From a virus (Duplodnaviria; Caudoviricetes): 34,569 nucleotides of DNA. Below the pieces are notes generated by a model. It saw only the letters and a program-made list of their open reading frames with translations. It had not been told where the DNA came from and did no database searches. The stretch spans positions 1 to 34,569 of IMG/VR virus record IMGVR_UViG_3300037509_000105; one strand, 5' to 3'. Of this stretch, positions 8,495 through 16,649 are shown piece after piece; the stretch's first letter is position 1, and the number at the start of each line of letters is the position of its first letter. The translations under genes and the position numbers were made by a program.

Positions 8495-8988
8495 CACCAC
8501 AGAGGACACGGAGGACACGGAGAGCGGGGGCGGGGAGCCTGTTTTTACGCCGATGGGAGGGAAGGGGACATGGGCCATGCTTTAAGGCGTTTTCGGAGAT
8601 GATGCCGCCCTTTCAGGGCTGGAGGGTTGGGTTGGGACCTCTCCCCAGGGCTGACGCCCTGGGCTATCGGATGCCGCCCCTTCGGGGCTGGGAGGGGAAG
8701 AGTTCTGGGAGCTGGACTGCTTCAAGCGACGCCTATGACCCCGCCCTCCCCCTTCCGAAGCACCCTTCGCTCCGCTCAGGGCAGGCAATTTTCGGCAAGG
8801 GGAGGTTCCCCATTCCGCACTTTGCGCCTTTGCGTGAGGTCGGGCTATCGGACAGATGAAGGCTGTCGACCAACTTCTACTGAGCGAAGCGAAGGACCTC
8901 TCCCAGCAGGGTGTGTTGGAGGAGATCCTTCGCTGCGCTCAGGATGACATGGCCGGGGAGGTGGTTTTGACCCTCGGTAAGGGACGTC
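8495..8988. repeat. Mosaic of palindromic/REP-like repeats plus a degenerate MITE end
   Basis: GAGGACACG x2 (8502-8519); GATGCCGCCC(T/C)TTC(A/G)GGGCTGG x2 (8601, 8670); 8738-8811 matches 5611-5684; 8891-8988 matches 3807-3909. Confidence 0.8.
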
Positions 8989-9152
8989 GTTTCGGCCCGG
9001 GTCGCCTTGCTCTTGGGGGAGGGCTTGAAGTCTTCGCTGTAGAAGTACGCCTCGGAGTACGCGCCCCCGTTCGGCGTGGGGCCTTCTTTGCGGATCATGG
9101 GCGGGTCGTCCGGGTTTTCGGGGGGCTCCGTCTTTTCTCCTCTTTTCGCCAC
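8989..9152 (-). pseudogene. Probably truncated small antisense gene
   Basis: Protein-like EGPTPNGGAYSEAYFY..KATRAE that then runs into repeat DNA. Confidence 0.4.
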
Positions 9153-9283
9153 TAGGAAGTTTTTCCTTTAAGGCTGGGCTAGCGCCTGCCTCGGCAGAAC
9201 ATCGCGGCCAGCAGCCTACGGCGCGCTCAACGAATCGTCTGGCTTACCGACCTCAGGGGGTCCCCGTACCTCGCGTTTCTACT

Positions 9284-11155
9284 ATGCTCAACTTGGACTT
9301 ATCCGGACTTTTCGGCCGCAAGGAAGCCTTGCCCGCGGGCTTCCGCACGCCTGCCGATCGCAAGGAGCAGGCGGAAAAGCTTTGCCAGATGATCGAGGCG
9401 GGGACGGGCCAGAAGGGCACCCTGCCCCTTCGCTGGGAGCGCAACGAGCGGATGTACCGGAACGATCCGCCCAAGCGGACGGGGAGCCCGTACGACGGGG
9501 CTTCCGACGTTCACGACCCGCTGGTGCAGCCTAAGCTGGACGCGCTGACGAGCAACGTGGTGGGCACCATCACGGCCCAGGACCCTTACATCGTCACCCG
9601 GGTGCGGGGGTCGCAGGACCGGGCCTACATCCTCGAGCAGGACCTCCAGTTCGCGTTCGAGGAGGGGCGGCTGAGCGAGCGGCTGCGGACGCTGTCGCCC
9701 ATCGTGGGCTACTGCGGCAAGGGCGTGCTCCGGGCGCACTTCGAGGAGCGCGAGGACGGCTTCGCGGGGATGACGTTCGAGGTGGTCCACCCTCGGGAGT
9801 TCATCGCTTACCCGGCGGCCGTGCGGGAGATTCCGAAGATGCGCATGGTGGGGCACCGGATGCCCCCGTTGCGGGTGCGCGAGATCAAGGAGAAGCAGAA
9901 GGCGGGCGTGTACTTGGACGACGGGCAGTCCGTGACGGGCGGCTACGATCCCGAGGGGCAGCAGACCCGCTTCCTGACGACTTCGGCCGCCGGGATCGTG
10001 GACAACGAGGACATGCTGGTGGAGTGCTACGAGGTGGTGTTCCGCCACCCGGGGCAGGACGGCAAGGAGCGCTGGCTGCTGGCGACGGTGAGCCTGAGCG
10101 ACCGGGCGCTGCTCAAGGTGGCGGAGTACCCGTACTCCCGGCCCTGGTACTTCGACTTCGCGTTCAAGCGGGAGCACGGCGGCTTTTGGTTCCAAGACTC
10201 GGTGGCCCAGGACCTCCAGGGGCTCCAGCTCGAGATCAACGGGCTGCACAACACGCTCCACGACGGACAGCAGATGGCCTCGTTCGGCGCGACGTTCATC
10301 GATGCCTCGGCGATGCCGGAGGGGGTGGAGAAGACGGCGCCCGGGCAGATCATCCCGGTGGACGACCTCAAGGGGGTGCAGGCGTACTTCCCGCCTTTCC
10401 GATCGCAGGAGATCCCGTTTTTAATGCAGTACATCCGCCAGCGGGCGGACGAGGTGGCGCGGATTCCGGCGACGGCAAGCGGGGGGCAGTTCCGCGGGAG
10501 CATCACGGCGACGGAGGCCTCGCAGATCGCGGCGGGCGGCCAGACCGGCATCAACGAGTTTATCGCCAACTTCGGTTTGGGCATGGAGGACCTGGCGCGG
10601 TTCTGCATCGAGTGCCTGAAGACCAACTTCGCCTTCTGGAAGCAGGCGCACGGGGAGGTCGTGAAGGCGGAGAGCCCGGACGACTACACGAAGATCGTGA
10701 GGATCGACCTCAACGGCAAGTCCCCGTCCAACACGCCCCAGGCGCAGTTCGGGATGGCGTCCACGCTGCTGCAGGTGGCGGGGACGCTGCCGCCCGAGGT
10801 GACGGGCCTCGACGCGTACCAGCTGATCAAGGCGCTGGTCCAGAACTCCGGCCTCCAGAACGTGGAGAAGATCCAGATGCCGGAGGAGCAGTTCGCCCAG
10901 ACGCAGCAGCGAGCGGCGATGCCCCAGCAACCGGCGATGGCCGGGGCGGCGATGGCCGCAGGAGACCCTTATGGAGCGACTGAACCAGCCCTCGGAGGAC
11001 CCGGAGGAGCTGATCCGGCAATGGAAAGCCTTCTTCAGCAGTTGGCAATGGCAGCGGCTCACGGAGGGCTGGGAGGCCCAACTGGAGAGCCAGCGCTCGG
11101 TCTTGGAGAAGCCCCGCCCGGAGGAGGATACGAACCTAACCCGGGGCAGGGTTAA
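9284..11155 (+). CDS. Portal protein (podovirus-type)
   Basis: 623 aa after terL; LQLEINGLHN, PGQIIPVDD, GSITATEASQI; Q/A/G/P-rich tail. Confidence 0.85.
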   Translation: MLNLDLSGLFGRKEALPAGFRTPADRKEQAEKLCQMIEAGTGQKGTLPLRWERNERMYRNDPPKRTGSPYDGASDVHDPLVQPKLDALTSNVVGTITAQDPYIVTRVRGSQDRAYILEQDLQFAFEEGRLSERLRTLSPIVGYCGKGVLRAHFEEREDGFAGMTFEVVHPREFIAYPAAVREIPKMRMVGHRMPPLRVREIKEKQKAGVYLDDGQSVTGGYDPEGQQTRFLTTSAAGIVDNEDMLVECYEVVFRHPGQDGKERWLLATVSLSDRALLKVAEYPYSRPWYFDFAFKREHGGFWFQDSVAQDLQGLQLEINGLHNTLHDGQQMASFGATFIDASAMPEGVEKTAPGQIIPVDDLKGVQAYFPPFRSQEIPFLMQYIRQRADEVARIPATASGGQFRGSITATEASQIAAGGQTGINEFIANFGLGMEDLARFCIECLKTNFAFWKQAHGEVVKAESPDDYTKIVRIDLNGKSPSNTPQAQFGMASTLLQVAGTLPPEVTGLDAYQLIKALVQNSGLQNVEKIQMPEEQFAQTQQRAAMPQQPAMAGAAMAAGDPYGATEPALGGPGGADPAMESLLQQLAMAAAHGGLGGPTGEPALGLGEAPPGGGYEPNPGQG

Positions 11156-11228
11156 GGCCCTTCGGGGCCTGCTGGCGACCGAGAACGACGTTTTGACCCG
11201 CATCGAGAAGACAGGAGCACAACCATGA
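10971..11228 (+). CDS. Small head-assembly-region protein overlapping the portal tail
   Basis: AGGAG upstream; helical 85 aa with RGRVKAL; ATGA overlap with the scaffold gene. Confidence 0.7.
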   Translation: MERLNQPSEDPEELIRQWKAFFSSWQWQRLTEGWEAQLESQRSVLEKPRPEEDTNLTRGRVKALRGLLATENDVLTRIEKTGAQP

Positions 11229-11899
11229 ACGAAACCGACCACGAATTGGGATTCGAGCCCGGCCACGAGGCGCGTCAGGAGGCCTCCGAGCCCCCGGCGG
11301 CCGCCCCCGTCCCCGCGCCCGAGATCGACTACGATCAGCTGGCGGCGGCCCTCGCGCCCCGTTTGCAGGCGCCGTTCGCCCCCGCGCCGCAGGACGACGG
11401 GCAGGCTTACGCGCCGGCCAACTCTGGCGCCGACTCCTACCGATCCGTCCTCGAGGCGATCGCCTACGAGCCGGACCCGATCCGTCAGGAGGAGATGCGG
11501 GTGGCCCTGGCCGAGCAGCGCCTCTCCCAGCAGTTCGGGCAGCGCTACGACGCCCCGGTGGCGCAGTACGCGGCGCAGAACGCGGCGGCGGAGATCTGCC
11601 ACGGCTTGCCGGAGAACGCCAAGGCGTACGCCCGGCGGCAGCTCGCGGCGCTCCCGCCGCAGCAGATCGCCCAGTTGTCCGGCAACCCCCAGCTTCGGGA
11701 CCAGGTCCGGATGCTGGCGGCGGGCTACGCGGCCCTGAACCCCACGGCGGCTCCGCTGACTCCGGAAGGGATCGGCGGGGGCGGCGCGCCGTTGTCCGGT
11801 GAGGAATCCGGGCTCATCAACTCCATGGCCGCCGCCTTTCCCGGCGTGAACTTTAACGACCCCCGGCTTCTGGCCGAAATGAGGAGCAGCAACAAGTGA
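11225..11899 (+). CDS. Putative capsid scaffolding protein
   Basis: Acidic/Pro-rich N-terminus, A/Q-rich helical body; lies between portal and capsid; AGGAG RBS. Confidence 0.65.
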   Translation: MNETDHELGFEPGHEARQEASEPPAAAPVPAPEIDYDQLAAALAPRLQAPFAPAPQDDGQAYAPANSGADSYRSVLEAIAYEPDPIRQEEMRVALAEQRLSQQFGQRYDAPVAQYAAQNAAAEICHGLPENAKAYARRQLAALPPQQIAQLSGNPQLRDQVRMLAAGYAALNPTAAPLTPEGIGGGGAPLSGEESGLINSMAAAFPGVNFNDPRLLAEMRSSNK

Positions 11900-12270
11900 G
11901 AACGGCTTCTGAGCAAGGCCGGCGCATCAGCGCGCTCGACGATTATCGCAAGACGCACCACGTCGTTTTGGTCGAGAAGTACGAGAACGACGTGTACGAC
12001 CCCGCCGCCATCAAGGAGGAGCAGGGGTTCGCCGTGCTTTCGGACGATCCGAAGGTGACGGGCTCTAAGCGCCGGACGCTTTACGGGATCCCGCGCGACG
12101 AGTGGAACGCCATGGAGGCCGAGAGGCTGGCCGAGGGCAACGCGTTCGGCGCGGACGAGGAGGGCCAGAAGGCCGTTGGATCGGGGGTCAAGCAGTTCAA
12201 GAGCGAGACCACGGTCGGCGGGCGCGAGTCGTTGTCCGAGACCCTCAGGGCCCTTCAGGCCAAAGAGTAA
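11896..12270 (+). CDS. Hypothetical head-region protein
   Basis: GAGGAG RBS, GTGA overlap, typical GC3 codon bias. Confidence 0.7.
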   Translation: MRTASEQGRRISALDDYRKTHHVVLVEKYENDVYDPAAIKEEQGFAVLSDDPKVTGSKRRTLYGIPRDEWNAMEAERLAEGNAFGADEEGQKAVGSGVKQFKSETTVGGRESLSETLRALQAKE

Positions 12271-12367
12271 CGCTTTCGGGAAGTCCTCGCGGCCTCCCGT
12301 TCACTAACCCCTGCGCAGACCTTTGGAGCGGGCGAAGCGCGACGACCATCAAGGAGACAGCAACCCT

Positions 12368-12859
12368 ATGCCTTCGAGCATTTCCCGCTCTCTGGTCGGC
12401 CCCCACAAGCTCGGCACGGAGCCGAGCCTCCTGGAGTTCCCAGAGGCCGCCACCCAGACTTTCATCACCGGCGATCCGCTCACCCTTTCGAGCGGGAAGG
12501 CCACGATCCTCCGCGCCTCGACGGGCGCGCTGACCACGGAAACCTTCCTCGGCTTCGCGGAGGAGGACGCCAGCGGCACCACCGACGACCCGGTCAAGGT
12601 GTGGAACGTGGGGGACGAGGACATCCTCGTGCTGCCCGTCAGCGCGGCGGGGGCTTCGCAGGTGACGGCGCAGAGCCAGGTCGGGGCCACGGGCTACGGC
12701 CTGTACTGGGACGCGACCAACCGCATCCTTTCGGTGAACATCTCCGACACCACGAACCGAAAGGTGCAGATCGTCGGCATCGTCAAGAGCTACCCCGTGG
12801 GGGAGGCCTTCGGCCAGGTGTACGCCAAGGTCCTGCCCGCGGCGCGGACCATCGTTTAA
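12368..12859 (+). CDS. Putative capsid cement/decoration protein
   Basis: AAGGAG upstream of ATG 12368; beta-rich FITGDPL..FLGFAEE; directly before the major capsid gene. Confidence 0.65.
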   Translation: MPSSISRSLVGPHKLGTEPSLLEFPEAATQTFITGDPLTLSSGKATILRASTGALTTETFLGFAEEDASGTTDDPVKVWNVGDEDILVLPVSAAGASQVTAQSQVGATGYGLYWDATNRILSVNISDTTNRKVQIVGIVKSYPVGEAFGQVYAKVLPAARTIV

Positions 12860-12883
12860 CCCCCGGGAGAACCAAGAGGAACC

Positions 12884-13795
12884 ATGTCTATCACAACCAT
12901 TTCGACGCTCCAGGCCGGACGCGTCGGCATCCGCGAGTACGTCAAGCTCCAGTCCGCCCAGATGGAGAAGCAGTATCCGATGCTCGTCAACGAGATCAAC
13001 ACGAGCCAGGAGTTCGAGCGGTTCCGGCAGTACTCCGAGTTCGGGTACGCGCAGCCGACGGACGAGGGCGGCCTCGTGGCCTTCGACCAGAAGCAGCTTC
13101 TCTACACCGCCGACTTCACGCCTATCCAGCGCACGCTGGGCTTTAGCGTGACGAAGCAGGCGAAGTTCACGGACCAGTACGGCGTCCTTTCGGGTTACTC
13201 GAAGGACATCGCGCAGGCGTTCATCGACACGAAGGAGCTGGTGGTGGCGAACCTGTTCAACAACGGGTTTTCCGCTTCTTACGCGGGCATCGACGGCGTG
13301 AGCCTGTTCAACACCGCCCACCCGCTCCGGGGGATTTCCCCGACGTGGAGCAACCGGGGGGACACCTCAGGCGCGGACGTGACGTTCGGACCGCTGGGCT
13401 TGCAGTCCATGCTGACGGCGGCGCGCAAGCAGCGCACGAGCCGCAACAAGCCGGGGCGCTTTTCCGGGAAGATGAACCTGGTGGTGCCGCCGGACCTCGA
13501 GTTCCCCGCCCGCATCATCATGGAATCGGCGGGGCAGGCGGGCACTTCGAACAACGACGCCAACGTGGTGAAGTCGCGGCTGAACCTTCAGATCGTGGAC
13601 AACCTCACGAGCACCACGGCGTTCTTCCTCATGCCGGCGGAGAAGAGCAAGCACGGCCTGTTCCTGCTGTACCGGATGCCGTTCGACACCGACGCTGACA
13701 AGGACGTGAAGACGGGCACGGAGATCTACGTGGCCTCGGAGGAGTACGTGACGGGCTGGAAGCACGCGTACAACCTTCAGGGGACCTCGGGCTAG
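12884..13795 (+). CDS. Major capsid protein (Mu gpT-like, HK97 fold)
   Basis: LGFSVT, ANLFNNGF..DGVSLFNTAHP, LVVPPDLE..NNDAN..LTSTTAFFL; 303 aa. Confidence 0.88.
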   Translation: MSITTISTLQAGRVGIREYVKLQSAQMEKQYPMLVNEINTSQEFERFRQYSEFGYAQPTDEGGLVAFDQKQLLYTADFTPIQRTLGFSVTKQAKFTDQYGVLSGYSKDIAQAFIDTKELVVANLFNNGFSASYAGIDGVSLFNTAHPLRGISPTWSNRGDTSGADVTFGPLGLQSMLTAARKQRTSRNKPGRFSGKMNLVVPPDLEFPARIIMESAGQAGTSNNDANVVKSRLNLQIVDNLTSTTAFFLMPAEKSKHGLFLLYRMPFDTDADKDVKTGTEIYVASEEYVTGWKHAYNLQGTSG

Positions 13796-13805
13796 GAGGT
13801 CCACT

Positions 13806-14270
13806 ATGGCAAGCCACGACATCTACGGCGGACGCCGCAAGCAGTACGTGACGACGGAGACCTCGGCAGGCCGGGAGCACATTCCGGTCGAGCGTTTCCA
13901 CGAGACAGTCACCCTGAGCTCGGCGGCGGCGGCGACCGCCGTCTCCATCCTGTCCGACGCCCGGGTCGGGAGCGAGCGCAAGGTCTTCGTCCAGGGCTTC
14001 GTGATGAAAGTCGACGGGGTCACGGCGTGGGCGACCACGGCCAACGTGAAGCTCCAGGACACCAACGCCAGCGCAGTTGACTTCGTGACCGCTCTGGTGG
14101 CGGCGCTCACCGGCAACGCGGTGGTGGTGCCGGGCACGGCGAACGTGACTCTGGAGGACGCCTACTCCGAGGGGAGCGGCGGCACGACCGGCAAGGGATT
14201 GCAGGTCAAGGGCAACGCGAACGGCACCGGATCGGACCTCAAGGTCACGGTCTGGGGCGTGATCAAGTAA
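13806..14270 (+). CDS. Virion structural protein (putative)
   Basis: AGGAGG RBS; A/T/G/V-rich; followed by a GGAGGG/CCCTCC hairpin. Confidence 0.7.
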   Translation: MASHDIYGGRRKQYVTTETSAGREHIPVERFHETVTLSSAAAATAVSILSDARVGSERKVFVQGFVMKVDGVTAWATTANVKLQDTNASAVDFVTALVAALTGNAVVVPGTANVTLEDAYSEGSGGTTGKGLQVKGNANGTGSDLKVTVWGVIK

Positions 14271-14310
14271 CGCAAAACCGGGAGGGTGAAAGGCCCTCCA
14301 CCCCATTTCT

Positions 14311-15510
14311 ATGCCCAGCTACCGATTCCGGTTCTCCGTGGCCGCGTCCGACAGTTCGCTCGCGGGTACGGCCTGGAGTAACCCGGCCAACGCCCTCGCG
14401 GACGATGCTGCGGTCGCGCAGGCCGCCTCGACGCCCACGCAATGGCTGAAGGCCACGAGCGTGGTCTGGATCGACAGCCCGCCCGCCTCCACGGAGATCG
14501 TGACGGGGCTCCAGTTCGCGGTGAAGTGCTGCTACCAGTTCGGCGGCGGGCCGGGTTCGGCCAAGGTCGTGAGGGGCGGCGTCATCGGCAACGCGCCGGT
14601 CACCGCCATTGTGGGATCTTGGCCGGGGGGCGGCGTTCTCGGCACCTTTACCTACGGCGGGGCCGGCGACCTTTTCGGGACCACCGACTGGGCGATCTCC
14701 GACTTTGGAACGGGCTTCGGGGTCGTGGTCAGCGGGTCGGGGGCGGGCTTTGCCCAGATCCAGTACGTCGAGGGGACCGTCTCCACCCGGGTTCCGCAGA
14801 CGGGTGAGGTCACCGTCGCCAAGACGGTGCCCCTTAACCACGGCGTCACCACCCCGCCGTTCTGGGTGGACCTCGGCATTGCGCCGAAGGCGGGCACCAC
14901 CGTTTACGTGAGCGCGGGGGGCTCGGGGACGTGGAACGGCTCCAGCGTTTGCACCCCGGCCGGTGACCCGGGGCAGCCGACCTTTCCCATCGCGGGGACT
15001 CCGCTGGCGGCGTCGAGGGTGCCGTTCTCCCTGGTGTTGGCCCAGTCGGCCACGGACCCCGGGAGCAACTACGGTTCCTCGATCCAGGGCGGCACCGCCC
15101 TTCAGAGCTTCGCCGCCAGTGGCCTTGGGCTGTGGGCGGGGATGAACGACCTGGTCGGGGCGTTCACCGACAACACGGGGTCGTACTCGCTGGCGGTTTC
15201 CTACGTGCCGTCGGCGGTGAACTTTACGGCGTCGGGCGTGCTTTTCGGGGCGGAGACCGCGAGCTTGCGGGACGGCCGCCTCGGCAACCCGGGCGCTACG
15301 GTGCCGGAGATGTACGCGGAGTTCCACGGCTTCAACCCCAACCAGAGCACGGACGAGCTGACGCCCCGATACAAGGGGATGCCGAGCGACAGCGGGGACT
15401 ACTTCCAGTGCGCCGTCTCGAAGCGCTGGTTCCCCGTCGAGATGGGGGTGCGATCGCGCCAGGGCACCGTGGGCGAGCCCTACTACCAAGAGCCTTACCC
15501 GGAGGACTGA
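14311..15510 (+). CDS. Multi-domain virion fibre/lectin-like protein
   Basis: N-terminal beta domain (WSNP..YGGAGDLFG); central PA-IL/LecA-like pattern WVDLGI..G..W..MND..FTDNTGSY. Confidence 0.6.
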   Translation: MPSYRFRFSVAASDSSLAGTAWSNPANALADDAAVAQAASTPTQWLKATSVVWIDSPPASTEIVTGLQFAVKCCYQFGGGPGSAKVVRGGVIGNAPVTAIVGSWPGGGVLGTFTYGGAGDLFGTTDWAISDFGTGFGVVVSGSGAGFAQIQYVEGTVSTRVPQTGEVTVAKTVPLNHGVTTPPFWVDLGIAPKAGTTVYVSAGGSGTWNGSSVCTPAGDPGQPTFPIAGTPLAASRVPFSLVLAQSATDPGSNYGSSIQGGTALQSFAASGLGLWAGMNDLVGAFTDNTGSYSLAVSYVPSAVNFTASGVLFGAETASLRDGRLGNPGATVPEMYAEFHGFNPNQSTDELTPRYKGMPSDSGDYFQCAVSKRWFPVEMGVRSRQGTVGEPYYQEPYPED

Positions 15511-15920
15511 TGCCGCTTTTCTACACCTTTCCTAACGCGCAGGTGGACTTCACGGGCGACACGATCAAGGTCTGTCTGCTCAAGAACACGTGGACGCCCG
15601 ACCGGACGCTTTCGCTGTACTCGCAGCTATCGGCGCACGAGACGAGCGGGGCGGGCTACACCGCCGGCGGGGCGACCCTCACCAGCAAGACGGCCGTTCG
15701 CGATGGTCGCACCTGGACCTTCGACGCAGCGGACCTGGCTTGGACTTCCGCCACCTTCGCCTGCCGGTACGCGGTGCTCTACAAGTCTTCGACGGGGGCG
15801 CTGATCGGCTACGCGGACCTTCGGGACGAGGCGCTGACCCCGCCGGAGCCGAGCGTCAGCAACGGCACGCTCAGCCTTCAGTTTTCCGTTTTCGGGCTCT
15901 ACACCAAGGAGGTCTCGTAA
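15510..15920 (+). CDS. Phage tail-associated structural protein
   Basis: TGATG coupling; DTIKVCL..E.SG.GYTAGG.TL..FDAAD..W..RYAVLY pattern. Confidence 0.75.
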   Translation: MPLFYTFPNAQVDFTGDTIKVCLLKNTWTPDRTLSLYSQLSAHETSGAGYTAGGATLTSKTAVRDGRTWTFDAADLAWTSATFACRYAVLYKSSTGALIGYADLRDEALTPPEPSVSNGTLSLQFSVFGLYTKEVS

Positions 15921-15923
15921 CCC

Positions 15924-16586
15924 ATGCCAACCCTCGCCTCAGAACTCATCGCGGACTTCCTCGCCATCTATCCCGACGCGTCCTCGGGCTCCAACGTCCG
16001 CGAGCTGCGGTACCTGAACAAGGCCCACCGGATGATCCTGCGGGAGGTGTGCCTGAAGGCCGACACGGAGGACGTGACGCTCGTCGCGGGGACCCACGAG
16101 TACAGCCTGGGGGAGACGGTGCTGGCGGTGTGGTCGGCGCGGTACGTGCGATCGGCGACGGCGGGCGACCTGAAGGCCCTCGATCCGGCTAACTGGGCCT
16201 CTTTGGAGTCGGAGGAGCCCAACTGGCGCACCCTCCCCACCGCCGAGCCCAGCCGGTACTACGTTCACGGCGACAAGCTGGGGCTGGTGGCGGCCCCGTC
16301 CACCGCGACGTCCTCGGGCTACCCGAAGGTGACGCTGGAGGTCAGCCGCGGCGAGACGCTGGCGACGGGGTCCTCGATGCCGACGGCGGCCGCTTCCTAC
16401 GAGGCTTGGATAAGCCAGATGTGCGCGCTTCACGCGCGGGCGTTCGACCCCGCCAGGCACGCCTACTGGATCGAGGTTTACCGGATGGAGCTGGACCAGC
16501 TCGACGCCCGGTACCTCTCCCGCGCCGCGCTGTCTCGGCCCCGCCTTCAGTCCGACCGCGCGAGCGGCCGGCCCTCCAAGATCTAG
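15924..16586 (+). CDS. Head-tail adaptor (tail tubular A-like)
   Basis: YLNKAH..TLVAGTHEYSL..EPSRYY; position before the nozzle gene. Confidence 0.7.
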   Translation: MPTLASELIADFLAIYPDASSGSNVRELRYLNKAHRMILREVCLKADTEDVTLVAGTHEYSLGETVLAVWSARYVRSATAGDLKALDPANWASLESEEPNWRTLPTAEPSRYYVHGDKLGLVAAPSTATSSGYPKVTLEVSRGETLATGSSMPTAAASYEAWISQMCALHARAFDPARHAYWIEVYRMELDQLDARYLSRAALSRPRLQSDRASGRPSKI

Positions 16587-16649
16587 CCGGGGCGAGGGGC
16601 ATTGCTCCAGTCCCAGACCCCGGTTAGCCTCCCGCTTTCCATTCTTTCT

